DNA of 17,963 nt from Bdellovibrionales bacterium. Lineage in GTDB: Bacteria > Bdellovibrionota > Bdellovibrionia > Bdellovibrionales > UBA840. Every line of letters begins with the position of its first letter. The first letter of the stretch is position 1. The stretch lies in contig JBBKWS010000082.1 of assembly GCA_037969075.1 (NCBI GenBank), positions 1 through 17,963 on the forward strand. Reading direction: 5' to 3'. The position numbers and the translations under genes are program-made. Positions 8,469 to 16,597 of this stretch are shown here, piece after piece. The notes beneath the pieces are model-generated. The model worked only from the letters and a program-made list of their open reading frames with translations, made no database searches and was not told the DNA's origin.

Positions 8469-9122
8469 TTAGGGGCTAACCTCTTTACTAGGAAGTCTTT
8501 GAGTTTTACCAACCCCATCTCCTACTATTTTTTTTAAATAAACTACCATCTTATTGGCATCATCAAAATTTGGGTCCAGTGCTAATGCTTTTTCAAACCA
8601 CTTTAAGCTTTCAGTGTATTCTTTTTGAATAAAATAAATAGAGGCTTTAAAAGATACACCTCTTGTGAACTCACTATCAATCGCTAAGGCCTTATCAACT
8701 TCTTCATGCGCCCTTGTGAACTCTCTTAAGTTTGCAAATTTTTGAGCATTAAATAAATTTTGCAGAAGTTTTTGCGCTATTTGGCTTTCTTCTTTTCCAG
8801 GCTTTAATTTAGCCAAGATAATGGTTTCTTTTGCTCCCATGCGACTGGCTGGTACTAGCATGCGCTCTGGCAGAAAATCTTTTTTCTCAACAATTAATTC
8901 AAAAAAATCACCACTTGAAGATGTTACTTGTGCTTTTTTTTGCAATTCTTCTTGGCTAATTTCTAAAGGTGTTTTACCTAAAGAAATTTTTTCTTCTCTA
9001 CCAGTGGTTTTTGCATACACCTCTGCTTCACTAGGTTCGCTTTTTATTACAAACTTAGATGCACATGATGATACTAATAACATTACTAGTAGTAATTGTA
9101 ATAATCGAAGTATCTGTGACAT
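8469..9122 (-). CDS. Lipoprotein with PEGA-like N-domain and TPR repeats
   Basis: Lipobox LVSSC (Cys20). IKSEPSEAEVY...LGKTPL is PEGA-like. KALAIDSEF and YTESLKWFEKALALDPNF are TPR-like. Its stop directly abuts the next ATG. SD GAGGA. Confidence 0.85.
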   Translation of the reverse strand: MSQILRLLQLLLVMLLVSSCASKFVIKSEPSEAEVYAKTTGREEKISLGKTPLEISQEELQKKAQVTSSSGDFFELIVEKKDFLPERMLVPASRMGAKETIILAKLKPGKEESQIAQKLLQNLFNAQKFANLREFTRAHEEVDKALAIDSEFTRGVSFKASIYFIQKEYTESLKWFEKALALDPNFDDANKMVVYLKKIVGDGVGKTQRLPSKEVSP

Positions 9123-9140
9123 AAAGTATCCTCATTGTAC

Positions 9141-9167
9141 TTATCGTCAACAGCGTAGAATCATTAA
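9141..9167 (-). promoter_or_regulatory. Putative sigma28 (FliA)-type promoter of the motor-like operon
   Basis: TTAA-N15-GACGATAA on the minus strand versus consensus TAAA-N15-GCCGATAA, 18 nt upstream of ATG 9122. Confidence 0.55.
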
Positions 9168-9268
9168 AGGTTTTAGGATTCATCTAGACTTAATAGTTGG
9201 TTGATTTGTATTTATTTTTTTACAGACTTGATGTAAGTCGATGGACTGGGCTAGATGTTAGTGTTGCT

Positions 9269-9433
9269 AACTGGCCTACTTTAGTGTTGTTATTTTCTAT
9301 TATCTCTAGTTACTATTTAGCTAAGGTGTCGTGTACATTTCGTTAAGTGCCCGAGAAAGCAATAAAAAAATATCAAAATTCAGCTATTTACAGGTTATTG
9401 ATTAGAGTTCAACAACACTAAAGTAGGCCAGTT
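9269..9433. repeat. Perfect 23-bp inverted repeat with a 119-bp spacer
   Basis: AACTGGCCTACTTTAGTGTTGTT (9269-9291) and its exact reverse complement AACAACACTAAAGTAGGCCAGTT (9411-9433). Confidence 0.95.
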
Positions 9434-9459
9434 TAAACATTCCTACCTGAAACAACAAA

Positions 9460-9535
9460 ATGACCATTATAATGGTCATAAAAGGCAATTAAGTATATTA
9501 TAATGGTCATCCAGCTTGACTATTGATAGGCCTAA
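9460..9535. promoter_or_regulatory. Palindromic operator array upstream of the HTH antitoxin gene
   Basis: Perfect 20-bp palindrome ATGACCATTATAATGGTCAT (9460-9479), a second copy AAGTATATTATAATGGTCAT (9491-9510), and a degenerate third copy at 9516-9535. Confidence 0.75.
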
Positions 9536-9544
9536 TTATATACT
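9516..9544 (+). promoter_or_regulatory. sigma70-type promoter of hipBA, probably leaderless
   Basis: TTGACT (9516-9521), 17-nt spacer, TATACT (9539-9544). ATG follows after 6 nt with no SD. Confidence 0.75.
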
Positions 9545-9550
9545 TATAGC

Positions 9551-9886
9551 ATGACCGAAACTAAGAAAAGAACCTATTCACGCTATACAAAAGAGGCTAC
9601 TGTCCTGCTGGCCAAACACATCAAGCTTTGTCGTAAAAAGCGCGCTTTATCAGAGCAAAGTGTAGCGGACCGTGTTGGTATTTCTCGTGCAACTCTTCAA
9701 AAGATTGAAAAGGGAGACCCTAAGTGCGAATTGGGTTTGTATTTCGAGACTGCAACTATAGTGGGGGTTAAACTTTTTGAAGTGGATTCTTCATTTGTGG
9801 CAAATATCCAGCAATTAAATGAAACGCTGGCCTTACTTCCAAAGAGCATTCGTAAGAAAAAAACAGTGGTAGATGATGACTTCTAA
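9551..9886 (+). CDS. XRE/Cro-type HTH regulator, HipB-like antitoxin
   Basis: HTH_3 pattern RKKRALSEQSVADRVGISRATLQKIEKG. Overlaps the start of the HipA-family gene. Confidence 0.9.
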   Translation: MTETKKRTYSRYTKEATVLLAKHIKLCRKKRALSEQSVADRVGISRATLQKIEKGDPKCELGLYFETATIVGVKLFEVDSSFVANIQQLNETLALLPKSIRKKKTVVDDDF

Positions 9887-11189
9887 AATACAAAAGTACA
9901 ATGAAGCTTACGTTTGGATTTGGCTACCCGGCGAAGTACAGCCCGTGGTCGCCGGAAAATTAACTGCTGAGAACAAAAACTTAGTTTTTAATTATGGCCA
10001 AACATATTTAGAACGTCCCAATAAAATCTCTATCTATGAGTCAGAACTCCCATTACAAAGAGGTATACTTGCATTACGTGGCATCTTAACAATTCCTGGA
10101 TGTATTCGTGATGGATCTCCTGATGCTTGGGGAAGACGGGTTTTAATCAACAAAAAATATGGTGCCGTAGGTTCTTCTATTGACCAAGTTCAAATGGATG
10201 AACTTGCGTTTCTACTTGAGTCTGGATCGGACCGAATCGGTGCATTAGATTTTCAAAAGTCGCCCACTATTTACAAGCCGCGCTTAACACAAAATGCCAC
10301 TCTAGAAGAACTTATCGAGTCCGCCGAACGGGTAGAAAAAGGCATTCCCCTTACTTCTGAATTAGATCAGGCTCTTTTTCATGGAAGCCCTATCGGAGGC
10401 GCGCGTCCAAAAGCACTGGTTGAAGATACTGAAAAAAACAAAAAGTATATTGCTAAGTTTTCATCTACTACTGATTTTTATAGTGTCATCAAAGCTGAAT
10501 TCATCGCTATGAAATTAGCCAGACTATCTGGTTTAGATGTCGCAAATGTTTTATTAAAGAAATCTTCTGGAAAAGATGTACTGCTTGTTGAAAGATTTGA
10601 CCGCTTTTATTCTCCTAGGGGCTGGGAACGCAAGAATATGGTTTCAGCATTAACTATATTTGAGTTTGATGAAATGGAAGCTAGATATGCAAGTTATGAA
10701 GTCTTGGCCGAAATTATTAGACATAGATTTTATGATCCTTCAATAGCATTAGTAGAGCTGTTTAAACGACTCGTATTTAATATATTGGTGGGTAACAACG
10801 ATGATCACGCCAGAAATCATGCAGCCCTTTGGGATGGAAAAATGCTAAAACTCACACCTGCCTATGACATCTGCCCTCAGCCACGAACTGGCGGTGTCTC
10901 TTCGCAAGCCATGCGTATTCACGGTAATATAAACTCAAGTCAACTTAACGAATGCATTGTTGCAGCATCACAGTTTCTGTTAACTAAAAAAGAGGCGATT
11001 TTAGCTATCGAAGAAATTGCCGTAAGTATTATTAAAAATTGGAAGCTTATTTGTAAAGAGGCCGAGCTTTCAATCGTTGATAAAAATCTATTCGCTGCTA
11101 ATCAGTTTTTTAATCCATTTGCGTTTCAAAACCTGGATGATGAAAGCAAGCACCTTGAGAAACTTCTTAAAAAATTTAAGGACCTATAG
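9873..11189 (+). CDS. hipA: HipA-family Ser/Thr kinase toxin
   Basis: N-domain PDAWGRR and DRIGALDF, Gly loop IGGARPK, LLVERFDR, catalytic NNDDHARNH and LTPAYD. The start could be 9873 or 9876. Confidence 0.93.
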   Translation: MMTSKIQKYNEAYVWIWLPGEVQPVVAGKLTAENKNLVFNYGQTYLERPNKISIYESELPLQRGILALRGILTIPGCIRDGSPDAWGRRVLINKKYGAVGSSIDQVQMDELAFLLESGSDRIGALDFQKSPTIYKPRLTQNATLEELIESAERVEKGIPLTSELDQALFHGSPIGGARPKALVEDTEKNKKYIAKFSSTTDFYSVIKAEFIAMKLARLSGLDVANVLLKKSSGKDVLLVERFDRFYSPRGWERKNMVSALTIFEFDEMEARYASYEVLAEIIRHRFYDPSIALVELFKRLVFNILVGNNDDHARNHAALWDGKMLKLTPAYDICPQPRTGGVSSQAMRIHGNINSSQLNECIVAASQFLLTKKEAILAIEEIAVSIIKNWKLICKEAELSIVDKNLFAANQFFNPFAFQNLDDESKHLEKLLKKFKDL

Positions 11190-11356
11190 CCATGAAGCCT
11201 TCTCTAAGCTCGCAAACATTACGTGGTCGTACATTTGGGTGGTTAACCGATAGATCACCCTACTCGTTAGCGTTGGCTGAGCTTCGCTATCTAAAATTTG
11301 TTATGTTTCGAATAGAGTCTTAATCGTTTCAAGAATAGTTAAATCGAACTAAATGG

Positions 11357-14300
11357 TTACTCCCAAAGCGGAGTAACACCTCGTAAAATCGGAAACCCAT
11401 TATTAATAGTATTAGACGTCGGCATCTTCCACACTGTGGTAAAGTCCCAGCCTGCCGCTGTAAAATTACCTTGGTCACGCATTTGCGTAATATTTAAATC
11501 CGTTGCACCACTACTTAAACCAGATGCTGCTTGGCCTGTGCCGGCGCTATAATAAAAGTTATTGCTTGCAATAAATTCAAGTAAAGTTTGAGTCCCTACG
11601 ATAGAATTGGTGTTAGCAAGACCACTAGCAGAGGCCATAGCATAGTTTCGCGATAATGTAATCTGTGCTGGACTTGTATTTATATTACCTACTAGGCCGC
11701 CGTTAGTTGTACCGTTAGGACAACTTAAGCTTACATTTGCATACGTATCACTGATACTAGAAGTATATGTATTACCACCTACTGAGCCAATTAATCCACC
11801 TAAAATGCAGTTAGAGATACGCGGTGAAAATATTGAACCTTTAGTGACGACATTTGATAAGATCAACGAGCCAGGATTTGCTATAGAACCCGCGACGCCA
11901 CCATAATTATAACTATTTAAACTAGTACCAACAATATTAGCAGTAATAGATACGTTTTCTAAAATGACACGCCCGCTACTCGTACTGCCAATTACGCCGC
12001 CACCGTTACCTGATGAAATTGAAGAAATATTAGTAGTAATTTGGCTATTTGTTAACCTAAAACCACCTGTGCTGGCGCCTATTACACCACCTACATTTAC
12101 ATATTGATTTATGAAATTCACATTTATTTTTATATTATTAAAATCAATGCCGGTGACCCCTGCACCAACCAAGCCTCCCACTGTATTCGGGACGTTGCCA
12201 TCAATAGTACCATGAACAAAAACATTCTCCATTGGTGTAGCACAATTAGTAGTGCCGCATTGACGATTGCCAATAACCAATCCACCTCTCACACCTTCTA
12301 CAAACAAATTACCATTTAATATATGAATATTCCCCGTGACATTAGAACTCTGTGAAAAGTAATGCCCCATTAAGTTAGCAACTTGGTTTCTGCCTCTTAT
12401 ATTGAAGTTCTTTATAAATAAATTTTTAAACCAAGTATTATCATTGCCAAGCGCACCTGCATATCCAAATAAAGCATTATAGTCCCTTGAAGTATCATTA
12501 TATACGTAGTTAGAGACCATCATGTTGTTACCGTCAAGTCTTCCATAAAGCGGTAAAGCTGAAGACCCAATCGGCACAAACGAATTCGCAGTCCAAGAAG
12601 CTAAATCGATATGATCCATTAGTTTAAAGTAATATTCGCCTTGTAAAAAATCAGTTGGTGCTTGATCACGAAGGCGGTTTAGTTGGTCGCCGTTACAGAT
12701 GATAAACGGATCACCAATGGCACCTGTGCCTGATGCCATACCTGTTGGCGGTTGGGCTTGGTCGCAAATGTAAGAGTCGATATAGGTGTAAATGCCTGCG
12801 GAGGCGGTTTGTCCGTCTTCGTTTTCAACCTGCACAGTGGTGCTTGTCTCTGTCAAACTTGTAGGAGTTAAGCAAGTCATTACATTAAACTCATTTCTTG
12901 TAAGACCTGTATCACAGTAGTTTGATCCCACCTTAATTCTGGCACCATTACCAAAGCCGTCACCTTTAACAAGTAACATCTTACCACCAGAGCGGTGCCC
13001 TGTGTTTCTACCTAAATACTGTACACTCATAATGTTGGCAGATTTTACCGTAATGTTAGCTTCACTTGTGTTACCCGCAAGATCAGTAGCCCTGATTAAA
13101 TAATTGATATACCTGTTTTGACCAAAAGGCCCTTTTTGATTGGTAATACTTGTTAATCCAAAACCACTCGTTACCAATGTATCTGATGTGGTTGCAAGAA
13201 CATCTACATCGTCTTCATCGGCACCAATTTTTTTATACACATCCACTGAGATTTGACCTAAACTCGTCACTGCATCTACCAGTGTCCAATCTAGCTTCCA
13301 TAATTTATCTTTTACACTTCTTGCACTATTATCTATTTTTTTAATCGCAAGACTGCCGATACCTGGAGGCGTTAAATCATTAATTACAACTTGTTTAATA
13401 TTGTTGTCATCACAACTCATATTGTTGGATTGATCAAATGCACAAACAATATAGTAATACACATTACCTTCAACTAAAGTATCCACGTCTGTTAAGCTTG
13501 TTGCTACCGTCAGGTTTGTAATAACCGTAATGTTAGGGCTTGGATCAATATCTGGCCTGCTCTTTGGAAGCGCGTAATCACTACCGCGTTTTCTGTAAAG
13601 CCTATATCTAATCACACTACTATCTTGCTGATTATCCGTAGCAGCAGACCAAGAAACTAAAGGGTTAGCGCCAGCTCCTACAGTCAATCCTGAGTTAAAT
13701 ACCGGGATTGTTAAATCGCTCGTCCTCGCTACCTGCTTATAAGAGCCTGGAGGACTGAGGTAAGAAGTAATATTACCTGATATGTCGTAGGCTGCTACAT
13801 ATAAATTATATGTTTTATAAGCTGGTAACCCTTGAATACTGCAACTTGTAATAGTGTTTGGACAATGATTACCAGAGCATGGACAATCTTTTATAGCAAC
13901 CGCAGGGATTGTTGTATCATTATCTAAAGCATAGATTTTAAACCCACGGTACTCAGCCCATGATGGTGGAGCTGCCCATGTCACTGTGATTTTCCCCTCT
14001 TCTGTTGGATCGGCTGTAGCTAAAGTAATACCTGTAAAACCTGCAGGAGGGGTAATGTCTGGAATAAGTAAACTTAGTGCCTGAGTATTAGAAAAGTTTG
14101 TACAATTTTGCGCCCCATACGTCGGAAACGCATCATCACAAGCATTTACAAGTACAAAAATTTGTTCATTATCTAAATAAGCATAATCACTTTGCTTAAA
14201 ACTAGCACCAGTCGAAAAGCTACCGTGCGACTTAGCTGGTAGCTCTACTAAAGCCACAGGGACAGTTTGTGTACCCTTCCAAACTTTAATTTTATACTCT

Positions 14301-15781
14301 TTAATGTCCCCTGCGACCGATGGATCCCAAGTTAACTCCACCCTGTTTTGCTCATTATTATAAGAGATGCCAATCAAACCATTGAATTCAGGGGCAGTGA
14401 TATCTTTAGTGATTAAATCTAACTGCGCTGTCGTGTTTGAAATATTCCCGGCGGTGTCTCTAGCCTTTACACAAATGCCGTAACGACTTCTCTGCGCTAA
14501 GTTAATCAAATCATATACCACAGGGTTACCAGTCGTGTATGCACTCGCATCAACCTGCGAAACTAGTATGCCATTAGTACAAACAGTCATTGGGTCAGCA
14601 AGACCTAGGGTTTGACTATAAACTAAATAATGGCTAGCACCATTTGCATTACCAGGCTGTGAGTCAATAGCCGTCCAACCAAGCGCAAGTACAGTGTCTT
14701 GCGGACTGCCATAATTTAATGTTTCAATTCCTGTAAAAGCAGGAGCCGTTGTATCACCAGAATTAATACTAACAATTGCGGTTGCTGTATTACTTAAATT
14801 ACCTATGGGATCTTCATCGATTACATAATAAGAATAATCAGTGTTTTGAGCTAATACTTCATTTACATTTAAACTTGTGGCCGGAGCAATATAAGGACTG
14901 GCAACATTAAAAGTTTGAATCAATGTATATGCACCTACTCCAATTTGTCTGTAGACTAAACGTCTTTTTATTGCGCCATTAGCAAACGACCAAGGAGCGT
15001 TTAATACCGAGCGCCCATTGACTATACTTACACCAATTAAACCAAGTGTCTGCGGTGCACCCCTATCAACTAACGTAAGCGCACGTGTTGCGGTATTTGT
15101 ATCACAAACATTACTAATATTACAGGCTCTAACCGCATATCTATACGGCATCTCATCACCAATCGCCGTTATTGGGATACTAAAAGTATTTGCGCTCCCA
15201 TTTGTTACTGTCGCAATAGGAGCCAAACTAAAATTAATATCCCCACTATTAGGCCCAGGGTTTGCGTAGATTTTATATTCTTTCGTAGGTATACCTGTTG
15301 CCACATTCCACTGAACCACCACATTAGCACCTGTAAGCGTAGCAGATGTTATACCACTAAATGTTGGTGGATTAACCGCCTCTGTAGTCTCAGTGACCGT
15401 TTGATCACCTAATAAATCTTTACCATTTTTAGTAAGTACGCACTCGTAAGTATAAGTTGTTCCTTCAACTAAGCCAGAGTCTAAAAAAGACGTAACCGTC
15501 GGATTTAAAAACACACCAGCCAGTGAACTATTACGAAAAACTGTAATTTTGGTTGCATCACTTGGAAATTCAAACTCAACTAATATACTATTGACCCCTT
15601 GTGCTGTCGCACTCACACAGCCATTGATTCCTGAATTGGTTGAGGAGGTAGCATCTTCTGCGGTTTCTTTAAGACATCCAATGGTAGAAAGCAATAAAAC
15701 AGATAGCATCGCAAAAACATAAAGTTTTTTGCGCGCAAAAGCCGATCTTATATTATACGTTCTAGCAGATAACGATTCCAT
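11357..15781 (-). CDS. Large surface lipoprotein/adhesin-like protein with FN3-like repeats, an IPT/TIG-like domain and a GLUG-motif C-terminal region
   Basis: Lipobox-like STIGC (Cys36). Repeated domain starts VNPPTFSGI, DTTAPAFTGI, DITAPEFNGL, DITPPAGFTGI, DLTIPVF, DLTPPGI. IPT-like GGKMLLVKGDGF...CLTP. GTGAIGDPFII followed by repeated xGG(L/V)(I/V)G and terminal GWDFTTVW...NGFPIL. Confidence 0.85.
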   Translation of the reverse strand: MESLSARTYNIRSAFARKKLYVFAMLSVLLLSTIGCLKETAEDATSSTNSGINGCVSATAQGVNSILVEFEFPSDATKITVFRNSSLAGVFLNPTVTSFLDSGLVEGTTYTYECVLTKNGKDLLGDQTVTETTEAVNPPTFSGITSATLTGANVVVQWNVATGIPTKEYKIYANPGPNSGDINFSLAPIATVTNGSANTFSIPITAIGDEMPYRYAVRACNISNVCDTNTATRALTLVDRGAPQTLGLIGVSIVNGRSVLNAPWSFANGAIKRRLVYRQIGVGAYTLIQTFNVASPYIAPATSLNVNEVLAQNTDYSYYVIDEDPIGNLSNTATAIVSINSGDTTAPAFTGIETLNYGSPQDTVLALGWTAIDSQPGNANGASHYLVYSQTLGLADPMTVCTNGILVSQVDASAYTTGNPVVYDLINLAQRSRYGICVKARDTAGNISNTTAQLDLITKDITAPEFNGLIGISYNNEQNRVELTWDPSVAGDIKEYKIKVWKGTQTVPVALVELPAKSHGSFSTGASFKQSDYAYLDNEQIFVLVNACDDAFPTYGAQNCTNFSNTQALSLLIPDITPPAGFTGITLATADPTEEGKITVTWAAPPSWAEYRGFKIYALDNDTTIPAVAIKDCPCSGNHCPNTITSCSIQGLPAYKTYNLYVAAYDISGNITSYLSPPGSYKQVARTSDLTIPVFNSGLTVGAGANPLVSWSAATDNQQDSSVIRYRLYRKRGSDYALPKSRPDIDPSPNITVITNLTVATSLTDVDTLVEGNVYYYIVCAFDQSNNMSCDDNNIKQVVINDLTPPGIGSLAIKKIDNSARSVKDKLWKLDWTLVDAVTSLGQISVDVYKKIGADEDDVDVLATTSDTLVTSGFGLTSITNQKGPFGQNRYINYLIRATDLAGNTSEANITVKSANIMSVQYLGRNTGHRSGGKMLLVKGDGFGNGARIKVGSNYCDTGLTRNEFNVMTCLTPTSLTETSTTVQVENEDGQTASAGIYTYIDSYICDQAQPPTGMASGTGAIGDPFIICNGDQLNRLRDQAPTDFLQGEYYFKLMDHIDLASWTANSFVPIGSSALPLYGRLDGNNMMVSNYVYNDTSRDYNALFGYAGALGNDNTWFKNLFIKNFNIRGRNQVANLMGHYFSQSSNVTGNIHILNGNLFVEGVRGGLVIGNRQCGTTNCATPMENVFVHGTIDGNVPNTVGGLVGAGVTGIDFNNIKINVNFINQYVNVGGVIGASTGGFRLTNSQITTNISSISSGNGGGVIGSTSSGRVILENVSITANIVGTSLNSYNYGGVAGSIANPGSLILSNVVTKGSIFSPRISNCILGGLIGSVGGNTYTSSISDTYANVSLSCPNGTTNGGLVGNINTSPAQITLSRNYAMASASGLANTNSIVGTQTLLEFIASNNFYYSAGTGQAASGLSSGATDLNITQMRDQGNFTAAGWDFTTVWKMPTSNTINNGFPILRGVTPLWE

Positions 15782-15787
15782 ACTAGC

Positions 15788-15814
15788 TTTTCGGATAAAT
15801 AAGACTAATACTAA
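15788..15814 (-). promoter_or_regulatory. Possible sigma28-type promoter of the large lipoprotein gene
   Basis: TTAG-N15-TCCGAAAA on the minus strand, 6 nt before ATG 15781. No SD visible. Confidence 0.35.
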
Positions 15815-15879
15815 AGTATAGTCTTACATTGATACACTATAATTAATCATGGTTAATATTGAAACATACGCAAGACTAC

Positions 15880-16422
15880 TTAAAAATAAATCCAATCAAA
15901 GTGGTAGTCCTCTACCTGCTGCACCTTTTGTGGCACTCCCTGCCCAGAGAATCTTTGGTATCTTGATTTAATTGTACCAAAAGCAGGTAGACTTGGCCGC
16001 CCGCTTTCAGCAACAAAGTATGTAGTTGAACAGATCCGACTTACTGCTTGGCCTATTCGCGCACGCTCCACGCATCCAAGAATAGAAGGTGCCTGTATAA
16101 CCTCAATCTTCTCAACTGGGCTTGGCAAAAATGCAGCATGCATGATTGGAGCTAAAGTCAGTATTTCTCCTGCCGCGGCTGTAACAGAAATATCAAACCA
16201 GCAAGAAAAACTATTTTCTGTCGGCTCAATATTAGCTACATTATTTTCTTGATTCAAATCACTTGGATTTTGCAAATCATCTACTAGGGCCTGTTTAAAC
16301 ATTTGCTCGACAGCCGAATCAAGGTCATTTGTGTCAGCATCTATACCTGAGCAGTTCTGAAATAAAACAATAATCATTAATGATGAGACACCTATCAATA
16401 GTGACCTAACAATTACTTTCAT
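15880..16422 (-). CDS. Hypothetical lipoprotein with an FQNC lipobox
   Basis: The preferred start is ATG 16422 (GGAG 6 nt upstream), giving MKVIVRSLLIGVSSLMIIVLFQNC. The track's TTG at 16470 falls inside the putative promoter. Confidence 0.8.
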   Translation of the reverse strand: MKVIVRSLLIGVSSLMIIVLFQNCSGIDADTNDLDSAVEQMFKQALVDDLQNPSDLNQENNVANIEPTENSFSCWFDISVTAAAGEILTLAPIMHAAFLPSPVEKIEVIQAPSILGCVERARIGQAVSRICSTTYFVAESGRPSLPAFGTIKSRYQRFSGQGVPQKVQQVEDYHFDWIYF

Positions 16423-16453
16423 TTGCACTCCGAATTTCTGGTTCATTACTATT

Positions 16454-16480
16454 GTATCGGAATAGATCAACTATTTATTA
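16454..16480 (-). promoter_or_regulatory. Putative sigma28-type promoter of the FQNC lipoprotein gene
   Basis: TAAT-N15-TCCGATAC on the minus strand. Confidence 0.5.
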
Positions 16481-16597
16481 AGTTTTCGTGCTACATTTTT
16501 GTCTCATTTTGATACAGCAAAAATGCGTTACTTACTCGTCAAATAATTTGATTCTTAGCCCCTTTCTTTCTATGATTACTCAATTCGGGGGGTCTTT

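Noticed and set aside
9321..9348. dif-like TGTACA-TTTCGTTAAGT inside the inverted repeat
   Set aside because: The XerD-like arm matches 8/11, but the XerC arm position (CTAAGGTGTCG) does not match.
9245..9535. Repeats as a CRISPR array or integron cassette boundary
   Set aside because: The main repeats are inverted or palindromic, with no regular repeat-spacer period, no cas or intI gene, and no proper RYYYAAC...GTTRRRY pairing.
11237..11260. GGGTGGTT/GATCACCC hairpin after hipA
   Set aside because: Needs G-U pairs and lacks a U-tract on either strand; not called as a terminator.
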